64,000 nucleotides of DNA. Source: Anthoceros angustus. Lineage: Eukaryota; Plantae; Anthocerotophyta. The notes below the pieces were generated by a model. The model made no database searches, was not told the DNA's origin, and worked only from the letters and a program-made list of their open reading frames with translations. Position 1 is the first letter of the stretch. Each line of letters begins with the position of its first letter. A program made the position numbers and the translations under genes. The stretch is taken from positions 682,001 through 746,000 of the forward strand of contig MU008181.1 in the NCBI GenBank assembly GCA_010909165.1, written 5' to 3'. Below, piece by piece: positions 38,266 through 52,639 of this stretch.

Positions 38266-39318
38266 CAAAGCGTGAGGGCGGCAAGATCATCGTCCATTGG
38301 AACATGCTCACCAAGGTGAATCACCTTGGTGACAATTTGCTTGTGTTCCTCCACGCCCTGCAAAGAGGGAAGAGGGTAACGGGAAGGATCATCTACCGAA
38401 AGTTAATCGTGAGGCGAGGACGCGAACGAGTGGCCGCCCCACGCGCCATGTCTCCGTTCATCATCCATGTGTGGGGGCACCTTAACCTCCTGAGGGAGGG
38501 AGAAGAGGAGTGAGCGCTTTGAAAGGGGTTGGTGACCCTTCCCGAGACGGAGCGGGAAGGGAGAGCACCGGAGACGGAGGGTCGTCCTCCCAAGACCACG
38601 GGTCCAGGACGAAGAGGATTGGGAGGATTCCTGACTACACGACCGGAACCACCCCGCCCTGGAAGTATGGGAAGAAATGCCCGCTTCCCTTCTCTTAGTC
38701 CCTCCACTGGAGTACCCTACGCCGGAGGAGATTGCAGCAGGGGGGGAGCTGGTGGTCGCAGTACCAACAAGGCAGCAACCTACGACGGCCCCAAATGACC
38801 AACCCCGACCAGGGAGGTAAAGAAGAGGAAGACGCCCACCACCACATTTTCTGACCGCCTCCGGCCCCACCGCCATTGCCGATGGAGTGGTAGGAAGCAG
38901 AGGAGGCAGTGAGGAGGGCGGAGCGAGATGCGGCCCAGGGAGCGGGGGTACACTGGCAGCAACCCCACCCCGAGCCCGTCCTGTCACCAACCAGGAGGGA
39001 TAAGCGAGCCAACTCCCGGACCCCCTCACCACCTCCGGACCCCAAGAGTGACCTTGCAACTATTTGCAGTTGTACATGTACACGAGATACCCTGCCATGC
39101 TACTATCGCCTTCGCTAACATCAAATCACACTAGCTAGTTACGCAACAGCTGAAAATTTGAGAGGAAATCATAGTATTGGAATAGGTCTTGGCATGACCT
39201 TGCAATGCTCTGCAAGTACAAGATCTGCTTATGGCTTTACACGTGATCCTGCCCTGCCACCATCCCTTCACCAACGTCATATCACACTGGTTACGCATCA
39301 GCTGAAAATTTGAGACAG

Positions 39319-39404
39319 GAAATCACAGCATGGAACGGGTCTTTACTTGAAATCACAACATGGAACGGGTCTTTACTTGAAATCACAGCATGGAACGGGT
39401 CTTT
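39319..39404. repeat. 30-bp tandem repeat x3
   Basis: gaaatcacagcatggaacgggtctttactt starts at 39319, 39349 and 39379. Confidence 0.9.
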
Positions 39405-39732
39405 CGTGTAATGCCACTATGGCAACTCCATGCATGACTTTGTTTTTTTTTTATCCCTTTAAAACAATACCTTTTTCATTTGCGAAAATATGAGTATTAC
39501 AATAGCCCACTGCGCATTCTACAAGGCGCTGGTCGGCGCCTTGTAGTGGTCTGTTTCTGGGGTTATGGCTGCAAAATGCATCTTTCATCGAAGAAATGGA
39601 CTCACAAATGGTATGCCAATTTTCATACTTGGGCAGATCCACCAATTTGAGGAGGGTGTAAAATGTGTGAAGGGGGTCAAGTTTCAGGCAAAGGGGGTTT
39701 GTATATTCCCCCCCTTGAAAAATTATGATGTT

Positions 39733-40018
39733 GCCTTGCATGGTTGTGACTGCTGCTGCCCATAACTTGCCCTGCATGGTTGTGACTCCTGCTGCCCACA
39801 ACTTGCCTTGCATGGTTGTGACTGCTGCTGCCCATAACCTGCCTTGCATGGTTGTGACTCCTGCTGCCCACAACTTGCCTTGCATGGTTGTGACTTCTGC
39901 TGCCCAAAACATGCCTACTGTTGCTACCCACAACCTACCTTGCATGGTTGTGACTACTGCTGCCCACAACCTACCTTGCATGGTTGTCACTGCTGCTCCC
40001 CACAACCTATCTTGCATG
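39733..40018. repeat. 36-bp minisatellite (~7.5 units) within ORF 39451-40017(-)
   Basis: Unit gccttgcatggttgtgactgctgctgcccacaactt encodes MQGKLWAAAVTT on the minus strand. Confidence 0.9.
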
Positions 40019-41330
40019 GGCTGTGGGGTGATAGTCTTGCTGCTACTTGGCTGTGTGAGGTTTACATTGTGCGGTGATTAGTAGCAGTATGGAGTCTCTG
40101 TCACGATGTGTGTATGACATTTTGAGTAGATCACTAACTTTGGTGATGTTTTGTGCCGGCTCTATAATAGAAATCATTGCAAACAAGAAGATCTGAAGTC
40201 GGAGTTGGCACAAGTGTCTACAGTACGAGATCTTTCAGTCACATGTGTCTACACGTCCTTTGTGATTGCTGTCATAGCAGTCCGAATACTCTAGAGGAGT
40301 ATCCACCTGTAGATCATGATTTGGAGAGGGATGAAGTACTTAGACGAGCAGCGGTAGAATGCGAAACTGATGAAGAAGTGAAGACAACATACCTTCTGTC
40401 CATTGACGAAATTGAAACAGTTGTAGCAAATGGTAATTGTTTATATTTAATCTAGTTTGAACTATTTTCATGTTTAACTTTTTTAGCGAATGCCTTGTTG
40501 TGGCAGTTGGAAGGCACATTGCTCGGAGACATGCCAAGCAGAGAAGGATTAAAAAATAGTAATTTTTATTCATATATAAATATTTTAATATTTTAATTTT
40601 AAGAATATACATATTTTGTTTACCAACACCTGCTTTAGTAAATATAGAGCTCTTGAACACTTTATTTGATAAAGAGTTGGCAGCATAAGATCTTTTGATT
40701 ATCTTAAAGAATCCTGATTTAATGGACAACATAAGAACAATAAGTTTTTGAAAATCTTACAAATTTGAATTATGTTGTGTATTCTTTCATTTATACTTAC
40801 ACCTTCTTTAGAGTTTTCGAAATCATTGTAAACAAGCTGAGCACCATCCACGCACAATTGGGGGGTCTAAGCACAGTATGGTGACCACAACTTCTGGAAA
40901 CGCAGAAACCGTCCCCAGTTGGCATGTTCGAGTTCTGTGGAATATGTTTTAAGCAAAAATATCGTCAAATTGATCTCAATTTTAGTGTACAGTACGTTTT
41001 TTGGGAGGAGAATTTTGTTGAATTTTTTTCTCCATAAAAACATGCATAGCATATATCATTGCCATTATTACAGAATTAGCGGTGGGACAAATGACAATTT
41101 GATGACTAAGTACCCTTGTCCACTTTGAATCGCCGTCAGCGTCGAACCACATGTGTTGATTAGGTCTTTGGTTTTGCAAAGCGAGTGTTTTGGGGCGGAC
41201 TCTTCATGTGAGCAGACGTTTGTGGCGTGGCGTGTCGTGGAGGCCGCGCTTCGTGTGTGCAGAATCGATTGCAGCGTGGCGTGGAAGCTGGAAGTGTGGC
41301 GAGCTTAGATTCGTTTGTGGGTGGCGGGCG

Positions 41331-42850
41331 TAGGAGGCTGGATTCGATCGATTGGAGGCTGCTTGCTTTTGGAGGTCGTTTCTAACACGGTTTTTGTTTG
41401 CTACCTAGGAGGGTGCTAGTGTGGCGCCCGATGAGGCGTTTTGGGTGCTCAAGTGCTAGTTTGGGTTGGTGGTTGTTTGTGTGTGGGCGGTGTGTGGGCG
41501 GAATCCATGGGTGAACCACTTGGCAGGGTGGAGGGGAGACAGCGTGTGGCTTTGCAGGGGAGGCAGCGTGCGGCTATGGCAGCATCTGCAGGTGAGGATG
41601 GTGGCTGGGAGAGCATCACGCCCAAGGGAGAGTAGGAGCGTAAGGAGGCAGCAGGCTGCCACCCTTGGCGAGAGAGTGACCCGACCTTGCAAGTCGACAT
41701 CTCTTGACGGGCGAGCCGTGGAATTGGCACTCGGGGGATGCGGTTCTATCCGCTGTTGGTGTGAATGTGCGGGATGAGAACCTGGCAATTGGGCTTAAGG
41801 AGCGTGTGGGTGGGTCAGATGTTTTGGCTAGGTACTTTGGAGGCCTTCCTGGAGCAAATGATGGCTACCTTCTAGGGACTACTAATTTACTGTCTGTGGA
41901 AGAATGGAGGAACATCGATGACTTGGTGTACAGATTGTACGGGCGCCGGCCTAGCTTGTGCGCTGCATAGAGGGTTCCTCGAAACCTTCTTGGTGTGTTG
42001 GTGGAAAGCGCTCGGTAAAAGGGTGGTGGCAAGCTTATTGGGACAAGCTTGGATGAAGAAGAAACAACGGAAGTGTAAAGATGGTAGTAGCGATCTTTGG
42101 GGGCGAGGAGCTGGATTTCGATCGATTGGAGGTCGCTTGCTTTTGGAGGTCGTTTCTAACACGGTTTTGTTTGCTACCTAGGAGGGTGCTAGTGTGGCGC
42201 CCGGTGAGGCGTTTTGGGTGCTCAAGTGCTAGTTTGGGTTGGTGGTTGTGTGTGGGCGGAATCCATGGGTGAACCACTTGGTGGTGGAGGGAGACAGTGG
42301 TTTTTGGGAGGCAGGCGGCTATGGCAAGATCTGCAGTGAGGATGGTGGCTGGGAGAGCATCACGCCCAAGGGAGAGTAGGAACGTAAGGAGGCAACAGAG
42401 GCGCCACCCTTCACCGAGAGAGTGACCGTTTTGCAAGTCGACATCTCTTCAGCAGAGCAGTCGCCGTGGAATTGGCACTGGGGATGCGGTTCTATCCAGC
42501 AGTGTGAATGCGGGATGAGAACGCAATTGGGCTTAAGGAACGTGTGGGTGGGTCAGATGTTTTGGCTAGGTACTTTGGAGGCCTTCCTGGAGCAAATGAT
42601 GGCTACCTTCTAGGGACTACTAATTTACCGTCTGTGGAAGAATGGAGGAACATCGATGACTTGGTGTACAGATTGTACGGGCGCCGGCCTAGCTTGTGCA
42701 CTGCACAGAGGGTTCCTCGAAACCTTGCTGTTGGTGTGTTGGTGGAGAAACTGCTTGGTAAAAGGGTGAACTGGCAAGCTTATTGGGACAAGCTTCAGAT
42801 GAAGAAGAAACAACGGAAGTGTAAAGATGGTAGACGGCTGGGACGAGGAA
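41331..42850. repeat. ~750-bp tandem duplication containing a TE-like ORF fragment
   Basis: Both copies start with ggattcgatcgattggagg… and both encode GGSDVLARYFGGLPGANDGYLLGTTNL…VEEWRNIDDLVYRLYGRRP. The copies differ by many small indels. Confidence 0.85.
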
Positions 42851-43129
42851 GGTGGAGGTGAGGAAGATGAGGGCTCGGATGCGGTGATGATGCTCCACCG
42901 GTGTGAAGCTTGGTGCGGGGTGGTTCCATGTCCGGAGGGAAACTCCCACATTCGCGAGCCACAGGAGGCCACAGTCGTCCCAACAAAGTTTGGGCTGCTC
43001 TGCCAACAAAGGCAGTTTGTGATTGACAAGGAGCCATTGTCCTCGTCGAAAGTTGTGGCGAGCTTACGGAGAAGGACCACGTCGTCCATTGAAAGGTAAG
43101 ACATATGGCCGTGAGAAAAGTGGCCTCCA

Positions 43130-43500
43130 GCCATGGGCTCCAATGGAGGTGATTTCGGCTGCTGTGCTTCGTGTGAAGAAGGACTTGGAGGCGTGCGCGG
43201 ATGAGGAGTCAAAGCTTGCTAAGGCAGGGGAGGATGCCTTGAAGGATCTGGACTTGACGAAGGTCCAGCGGACCTTGTGCTCAATGGCGGTGGGTTGGAC
43301 TCGGAAACACAACGATGCACCATGGGCTCCAATGGAGGTGATTTCGGCCGTGCTTCGTGTGAAGAAGGACTTGAGGCGGCGCGCGGATGAGGAGTCAAAG
43401 CTTGGGAGGATGCCTTGAAGGATCTGGACTTGACAAGGTCCATAGCGCACCTTGTGCTCAATGGCGGTGGGTTGGACTAAACACAACGATGCACCATGGA
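43130..43500. repeat. ~190-bp tandem duplication
   Basis: ccatgggctccaatggaggtgatttcggc…gtgctcaatggcggtgggttggact…acaacgatgcacc occurs twice. Confidence 0.85.
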
Positions 43501-44249
43501 ACCGGTCCGCCAAAGTGTGAAGGCCAAGACGGACCATTGTAATGTTGTGAACAAGAAGTTGGCGAAAACACGGCTTGTAGGAGCAAGTCGCAAGAACATG
43601 TTCTTTGGGTTTTGGATTTTGAGCAGGCGATCCAGTGAATTCACCAGCTAAGAGTGAAGAAGTCACGCCGGCTGGGCGGTGGCTCCATGCCACTCCCACT
43701 GCCACACCACCGTGATATGACATCTTTGTCTGACACTGCGTCATTTCATAGTCCGATCAGGTCATTACGCAATTCTCAATGGTCTTTGTCTCGGGGAGTT
43801 TTTGATTTTGTGTCCCTTGATCTCATGTGTGCACATGTTATTCCTATTTGGAATATGCGGAGGATGTTTCAAGGTCGTTGCCGCAATGAGTGTGCAATGA
43901 TTGCTGCCTACAAGCAGTCGGCGTGTTTGTTGTTCTCCGATAAGTCCTGTTTCTAAGGGTGGTAGTGAAGGTATGGTAGGGAACCGAGCACTTGCTTTTA
44001 CTCTATGATCCGAGTTGATCTTTGCATGCGGATCGGCTTTTGGCGTGGAAGTCCATGTGTTTGATTGTGGTGTGTGAAGATGCATGCGCTCTGCGGAGAT
44101 GGTGCACTAGTTTGCCATTCTATTTCTTGTCGGAGTTCTGCATGTGGTAGACACAGTGGTATGCACGCATTGTGAGGCGAGTTGCTTGTATCGAACCTTT
44201 GTGATGGAATAGGATTTGTTGTGGTGGCGGGGTTGGTGGTCGATTGGAC

Positions 44250-44712
44250 ATCATGGAGATGTGGTGGCATGTGGAGATGTGGTGGCGTCGAGCATCATAG
44301 AGATGTGGTGGCGTCGAGCATCATAGAGATGTGGTGGCGGGGTTGGTGCTTAACAGCCCGAGTTTGTGACATGGTGGCCGCTTACTTGATGTGGTGGCAG
44401 GGATGGTGGTCAACTGCCCGAGTATGTGCCATGGTGGCCGCTTGCTTGATGTGGTGGCGGGGTTGGTGGTCACCTGCCCGAGTATGTGCCATGGTGGCCG
44501 CTTGCTTGATGTGGTGGCGGGGTTGGTGGTCTGCCGTATGTGCCATGGTGGCGCTTACTTCATGTGGTGGGTTGGTGGTGAACTGCCGTATGTGCCATGG
44601 TGGCGCTTGCTTGATGTGGTGGGTTGGTGGTGATCTGGCCGGTATGTGCCATGGTGGCGCTTGATGTGATGGCGGGGTTGGTGGTGATCGCCGAGTATGT
44701 GACATGGTGGCG
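44250..44712. repeat. Compound minisatellite: 26-bp units followed by ~60-bp units
   Basis: catagagatgtggtggcgtcgagcat x2-3, then a 60-bp period (ggttggtg… at 44341, 44401, 44461, 44521) that decays into shorter units. Confidence 0.9.
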
Positions 44713-47047
44713 TGCACGATGTGCTGGCCACGCTTGGTGGTCTTCAATCCTCTTTGGTGATGTGTTGGCAAGGATTGTAATGTAGTTGCGATAGCTTGAT
44801 GTTCGATCGTGTCTGATTGTGATTTTGTTGGTGAAGGCGGCTCTCCGACTTTAACGTGGGTCTTCTGGTGGTATGCATGCATGCGAGATGGTATTCGCTA
44901 CCGGGCATTGCTTCCATGACATATGTCTCTTCCAAGCGTTGCAAAGGCATGTTCCCCGCCGCATGTGGTGCAACCTGGAGATTTCAAAACACGTTGCTGG
45001 CCAAGGTGGCCTTGAAGGACACTGCACTGCATCGTGGGAGGATGACCGGAGACCGCGGGAAGCCGAGTATTTGGAGATTATTCGCGATCCCGCAACACTG
45101 CATCATAGATGGGCAGAAGGTGGCGCTCCGATAAGCTCAAACAACTGGCTAGCAACACCTCAGAGCAAGAAGTACTTAGAATCACCAGGTTTGGCGCACT
45201 TGCACATTGCTATCTGCCAACGGGTGAGCGAATTTCCTAGCCATATTTGTATCATTCTTCTCATTTTTGAATGGTGCTGCTTGTGCCAGGGAACATGAGC
45301 AGGCTGCCCCCCATGTCCACAAACTTCTCCATGCATCTTGTCGTAGCCTCTTTAAAACACCGCGCCACAGGACCGCCTAGGGCTCCACCAAAAAAGTCTG
45401 GTGCGTCCATCTTTGGGACATGCACGAATATGTGCTTACCACGCTGAACAAGCCGCCGTCGCCATAATCCGGGCCAATTGTCGTGTCCACAGTAGGTAGC
45501 CAATCCAATCCTCCAAAGATGGACTCGAGGTGGTGGCCCTTCTTGTCTGAGCTCAAGGCTGCGTTTGGGAACGGAGGGCTTGAAGGGAACATGGACGGGG
45601 TGTGGCCCTTAGTCCCTACAATGGCTTCTATTTGCCCCTCTAGTGCACCTAGCACTCTTGTGGAAATTCTTTGTTAGAGTCTTGAAGGATGTGGATGCCA
45701 TTGTTGGTCAGACTTTGCTCCACGAAGATGGCGTTCGGAAGAGTATTGGCGATAATTTTGTAGGGTCTAGTGATGTCGTGTCGATGGTGCTGTCCACATT
45801 GGTGACCGTGTAGTTCGCACCCTTGATGAAAACGATGGAGGTGGGGAGGGTGATGAGATTGAATTGGCGGTACGATGGTCGACATCTTTGTTGTCATTCA
45901 CGGTGCCCAAGAGGTTATAGCTGCGGTGATGTTCACCGCTAGTGGTTTGAAGCACTTAATTGTGTAGCTCGTCCTTTGGTGACCATGTGGCTATGCTTGA
46001 TGGTGATGGTGTGGACAAGAGTGAAAAGGTTGGTGATGGTCGGTTGTGATCTCCTTTGCGCATGGAACACGATCTCTTCTCAAAGCCGCCGAGGGGCCAA
46101 TGTGGAGGCGATCAAGTGGACAATGACGAGCATGCATGAAGCTCCGCGGCGACAAGGATGAAGATGCCACCGCATGCTCAAGAGGTGGATGACAGTTGCG
46201 AGGTTTAGTTCTTGCTCTTGTAGAAAGGGATGAGCACAAATGCAGTGCAGGAAGTTCGCACCCTTCACGTGGTAGTGGCGGCGTGGAGGAAACAATCGTG
46301 GTCGGTGGCCCATTGAAGCGGAGAGGGGCTGGGCGTGGAGGGAGGAACACTCGTGCGGGCACCCGATGAAGAGCCTCAACGACCAAGGTATGGGCTATGG
46401 TTCGATGGCCGTGACTACGGTACAAATTTCATGGTGTTGGCTCAAGGGAAATCCGAGGAAGTGGACTTTATCTCTTGAAATGTATGGAACACATGCGAAC
46501 TTGACCTTCAAGGATACTAATTGGGGAGGGAGGAGTTTTGGGCGAGGCACTATTGTTGTGAAAGCCTTCTACTATGAGCAAGTTCCGGCATTGGTATGTA
46601 CACTTTCTTTGGACTACGTGGACCATGCGATCCTGAGGAGGACTGGTCTTTGGCGACTAAGTTTTGATGTGGCCAATGGAGAAGCAAAATGAAAACGCAG
46701 AACAAGCATCGCTCCACCCACATGAGAGGAAGTACATAGAGTGGTTGGCAAAGGTCGAACATAAGGCGAAAAAGTTGAAGACCGTGTGACGATTGAATGT
46801 GTTTGTTGTGTGGATCATGTGAGGGGTCTCTGTGAATTTGTCTGGCACCTGGTTGTGAGTGTTCAGAGGCCATGTGACCAGACATTCTTTTGGACAAATG
46901 CGGTGTGAGTCGGGGATAAACACTTTGAGTCTGGATCCCATGTTGTATCAATGGGTATACGCCTTGTGACGAAATGCTCCATTTTGTGAGGGCACACCGA
47001 GTGCTAACCCCCTATGTACTGAATGGTTCAATGTATACGACAGCTTA

Positions 47048-49589
47048 GAATGAACGAGTGCCCTTCAAATTGCGTTCGCGCATGACAATTGGGTCCAACA
47101 CAGCATGCCAACCTAGCATCCTCCACCCACTATTGGCACAAACTGATGGCATGAAGAGTGAAAAAGCGGAAGGGCTCAAGCAATCGCCCATCACCACGGG
47201 TGGTGAACAACACAAGCGCTAACCAAGGGAAGTGCGCTAGCCTATGAACAAAGGAACATGTAAGGCTGCGAAGTTCCTTCCTACGCTAGGATGGATTAGG
47301 CATCCACAACGCTTCCACCATCGTCATCCTCGCCCTCTTGCACCATATTATTGTCCACACCTCGGATCTGCAGATTCGGCTCCCCGCCGCGTTCTTCCCG
47401 ACCATACGGCGTGGCGGCGGCGTCTCGGCCGCAGCCCAATACCGCTTCCGCCTTTGTTGCCGGCGGTGGCGCTCATGATACTCCACCAAAACCGCGCCGC
47501 CATGGCATCGATCCTCTTGCTTCCACGGCCCGGAGGTGCATCCGGCACTGCGCGTGGTGCCTCTTCGACGGTAGCAACAGCAGGCGTCGGAAGGCACTCG
47601 GCGAAACACGACCCCATGTTACCTTTGGTGCGGACTTAGCGAAGATGATCGGCGCGGGTGAAGGCGAGTGGGAATGAATTCGGTGTCATATTACATCGCT
47701 TTGTACACAACCAAGCTGTTGCACCCCGGCGGTCAAGTGGCCACCGTGTCATATGGCTCGGCTCTTATTCCCAGGCGAAAAGGCGGCCGTCAGGCATCAC
47801 GTGTCCGATGGGGAACTTGGAGGAATTAAGAATCATTATTGAATGCACCCCGGAAGTGTACTTGGGCGAGATGTAATGGAATGAACGAAAGTGCCCTTCA
47901 AATTGCTCACAAGATGACAATTGGGTCCAACACGATGCCAACCTAGCATCCTCCACCCACAAATGGCACAAACCGATGGCATGAAGAGTGAAAAATCGGG
48001 GCTCAAGCACAATCGCCCATCACCACACCGGTGGTGAACAACACAACGCTAACCAAGGGAAGTATGCGCTAGCCTATGAACAAAGGAACATGTAAGGCCG
48101 GCTGCGAAGTTCCTTCCTACTGTGCTAGGATGGATTAGGCATCCACAACGCTTCCACCATCGTCATCCTCGCCCTCTTGCACCATATTATTGTCGACACC
48201 TCGGATCTGCAGATTCCGGCTCCCCGCTCGCCGCGTTCTTCCCCGACCATACGGCGTGGCAGCGACGTCTCGGCCCGCAGCCCAATACCGCTTCCGCCTT
48301 TGTTGCCGGCGGTGGCGCTCATGATACTCCACCAAAACCGCGCCGCCATGGCATCGATCCTCTTGCTTCCACGGCCCGGAGGTGCATCCGGCACTGCGCG
48401 TGGTGCCTCTTCGACGGTAGCAACAGCAGGCGTCGGACTCGGCGAAACACGACCCCATGTTACCTTTGGTGCGGACTTAGCGAAGATGATCGGCGCGGGT
48501 GAAGGCGAGTGGGAATGAATTCGGTGTCATATTACATCGCTTTGTACACAACCAAGCTGTTGCACCCCGGCGGTCAAGTGGCCACCGTGTCATATGGCTC
48601 GGCTCTTATTCCCAGGCGAAAAGGCGGCCGTCAGGCATCACGTGTCCGATGGGGAACTTGGAGGAATTAAGAATCATTATTGAATGCACCCCGGAAGTGT
48701 ACTTGGGCGAGATGTAATGGAATGAACGAAAGTGCCCTTCAAATTGCTCACAAGATGACAATTGGGTCCAACACGATGCCAACCTAGCATCCTCCACCCA
48801 CAAATGGCACAAACCGATGGCATGAAGAGTGAAAAATCGGGGCTCAAGCACAATCGCCCATCACCACACCGGTGGTGAACAACACAACGCTAACTAAGGG
48901 AAGTATGCGCTAGCCTATGAACAAAGGAACATGTAAGGCCGGCTGCGAAGTTCCTTCCTCGTGCTAGGATGGATTAGGCATCCACAACGCTTCCACCATC
49001 GTCATCCTCGCCCTCTTGCACCATATTATTGTCCACACCTCGGATCTGCAGATTCGGCTCCCGCGCTCTTCCCGACCATACGGCGTGGCGACGTCTCGGC
49101 CCGCAGCCCAAAACCGCTTCCGCACTGTTGCACGGCGGTGACGCTCGCGGTACTCCACCTGCAAAGAGCTTAACGCCGCCATGGCTTGCATCAGTCCTCT
49201 TGCTTCCACGGCCCAGGGAGGTGCATCAGCACCTGCGCGTGGTGCCTCTTCGACGGCGGTAGCAACGACAGACGTCGGAAGGCACTCGACTGAGCACGAC
49301 CCCATGTTGCTACTGGTGCGGACTTAGCAGAAGATGATCGGCTTCGCGGGTGAAGGCGAGACTGGGAATGAATTCGGGGTGTCAGATTACACTGTTTTGT
49401 ACACAACCAACTGTTGCACCCCCAGGCAGGGTCAAGTGGCCACCAGGTCATATGGCTCGGCTCCTATTCACCACTGGGCGAAAAGGCGGCCGTCAGGCAT
49501 CACGTGTCTCACGTGGAACTTGAGGAATTAAGAATCATTATTGAATGCACCCCTAAGTGTACCGCTAGCGTATGGCCAAGAATGAACGA
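47048..49589. repeat. ~840-bp tandem triplication
   Basis: Units are delimited by GAATGAACGA at 47048, 47879, 48720 and 49580. The ORF track shows matching ORFs in the repeated units (e.g. MKASGNEFGV… at 47658 and 48499). Confidence 0.9.
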
Positions 49590-50764
49590 ATTGTGATTCT
49601 GACTCATGAGTACAATTGTTTTTGGCATTTGCCTATGTTTCCATCGGATGCCCGCTTAATTCATTTTACGCTATGGTAGTCACCCGATGGAGTCGTCACC
49701 CTCTAAAGCAAAGTACACACCCCCTCACCTCGTCTTATGGTCATCTCAAATTTGCACATCTCGCATTCCATCGAGGATGCAATCGGCATGGTCCGAATAA
49801 AGGCATACAAGCCTCGCATCTTGAATAGTGTAATACATTCCAACGGCAATGACCTCTCGGCATGAAAACGTCTTCATACTCCAAGGACACGATCTTGGGT
49901 GCGTAAGAGTATGCTTTGCCTCCGCATCGAGGACATAAAATGTTGTCCCTCATCCGTGGGGTCTGCAAAAACGAGGAAGTTGTCTCCTACTTCAGAAGGT
50001 CAGCCATGTCGGAGATATCTTCACTCTCATTGTCCAGGATAACATCAGGACCATTGGTCCCTACGTCTGGCACATCTGAGGCTAGAGGAGCACCATTAGG
50101 CATGTTCGGAGGAGGCCTTGCCCGGCACGAGTTATTCGCCTGGATTTGGCCATGTGGCCTCAAAGTGAAGGCTTTCCAATACCACAGATGAGGCACCGTT
50201 TGCATTCGAATGCGCACTTCCGTGCACTCCACGCAAAACAAGCAAGGCTACGCATTTTCAGCTTAGTCGGATCTGTCAAGCTAAACCCATAGATGCTGTG
50301 CATTTTTTTGGACCCAGGTATAGGGTCGCAACCAAACTTATTCCTCCTGTTTACTTCAGTTTTCTCTATGAGCCAGAAGCTCCGATGCACAGCATGGTGT
50401 CCACTTGTGTAAGAAGAAGAGGCCCCCCCTGAAATATGACTTGTAAGGTAGGCCACGACATCCGCCGCTGATTGAAGCCTGGGTGCCGTTGGGGATGATT
50501 CTGCTGCCCGCAACGCTCTTTTCAGAATAGCTCCTGCGCCGTCATGTTCACCCTTCCCATGGCCACTACCGAAATACGACCACAACATCCGACACCCGCC
50601 GGTGAGGGGGTATCTTGCAATGAAATATGAAGGCCGACATGCCTTGAGGCGGCTTGCAGCCCCATCCGACCAACACCAATGTTCTCGTGGCGGAAACCAG
50701 TCGCCATCCATTGCCAATGCTTCATAACGCAATGTTGGACGAACAACGATCGTGAACCAAGTCA

Positions 50765-51981
50765 TCACCGATGTAAAATGATAATACTTCTCAACGTTGC
50801 ACTGGGTCTTGGGGTCAATGGGCCCATTTCGTAAAGACCAGCACCAAAATGGATACTTGATCATTCGCGATTACATAGGCGTATTTAGATTACGAACACC
50901 AAAAGCATAGTTTTGATCAAGTCCATAATCGAGACAACGACATCCGATGGGAACCACTCTAAGCATTGCCTAAATTCCAAAAAGCCGCGCACATAATCGT
51001 GGAGGATGAACTCCCTCATCTTTTCGAGAAGTATGACACAAACTCACTGGATGAGTCTCCATGAAAACTAGCTTTATGCGCTTCTTGTCCCCCTCACTAT
51101 CTCTACCAACCACTTGATATTGAAAGCGCCGCCACTTCAAAATGGAGTCGGGTGCACCTCCTTTGATGTCTCACCGATGTAAAATGATAATACTTCTCAA
51201 CGTACTGGGTCTTGGGGTCAATGGGCCCATTTCGCGAAAAGACCGACCAAAATGGATACTTGATCATTCGCCATAGGCATATTTAGATTGCTCAACACCA
51301 AAAGCATAGTTTTGATCAAGTCCATAATCGAGACAACGACATCCGATGGGAACCACTCTAAGCATTGCCTAAATTCCAAAGCTCACACGCACATAATCGT
51401 GGAGGATGAACTCCCTCATCTTTTCGGAGAAGTATGACACAAACTCACTGGATGAGTCTCCATGAAAACTAGCTTTATGCGCTTCTTGTCCCGCCTCACT
51501 ATCTCTACCAACCACTTGATATTGAAAGCGTCGCCACTTCAAAATGGAGTCGGGTGCACCTCCTTTGATGTCTCACCGATGTAAAATGATAATACTTCTC
51601 AACGCTAGCTGGGTCTTGGGGTCAATGGGCCCATTTCACGGTAAAGACCAAAATGGATACTTGATCATTACGGTATAGATCGATTTCGCTCAACACCAAA
51701 AGCATAGTTTTGATCAAGTCCATAATCGAGACAACGACATCCGATGGGAACCACTCTAAGCATTGCCTAAATTCCAAAGCTCGCCACCGCCGCACATAAT
51801 CGTGGAGGATGAACTCCTCATCTTTTCGGAGAAGTATGACACAAACTCACTGGATGAGTCTCCATGAAAACTAGCTTTATGCGCTTCTTGTCCCGCCTCT
51901 CACTATCTCTACCAACCACTTGATATTGAAAGCGCCGCCACTTCAAAATGGAGTCGGGTGCACCTCCTTTGATGTCTCACC
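50765..51981. repeat. ~405-bp tandem triplication inside the transposase
   Basis: Units start at tcacc (50765, 51171, 51573) and the last ends at tctcacc (51981). The copies differ by small indels. Confidence 0.9.
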
Positions 51982-52639
51982 AGGATAGAAACGCACCTTG
52001 CTCACGCCACAACGCGGGCACCTGCCCTGAAGACATGCAAGCTTGTGCCATGCAACATCACACTCTTTCTCGCACAAGGTTTTGACAAGCAACCTTCTGA
52101 GAACAACAGTCTTGGTGCATTGCAATGAAGAGGAGACTCTTCTACCGAGTGAGGAACACAGATGTCACAGCTGCAATGGCATTGTCCACGAGGATGCACT
52201 CTTGAAAGCCCACCACGCAAAGCATTAAAAGCGTCCTTGAGGAAGGCCATTTCTACATGGTACCGGCAGCAGACGCTATGCGTTCTTGCAAGCTTTTGTG
52301 AAATACGGTTTGATTTTCAAAAGTCTGCGCCCTACTTGAATCTCTGGTGCTCCGCGCAAAACCCAAGTAGAACTCCGTCTCGCAACACCTGTGATAGGCC
52401 ATCGATTGAGACACGCCATCACACAAATTACTAGCTCGGCTTTGAGCAATAACCAGCGTGTGCGCGAGAATGTGCCACCAGCGGTCGCACACATTTCCAC
52501 ACTCATAGCATACAAGCGCCTCCGTGGACACCAAGCCACGCCTACCATAACACCACAAACCACGCCATAACACGGACCACCTCGATGTCCTCATGACCCG
52601 GGGCGACACTATCACGGTGGCTACATTGCTCACCGCCAC

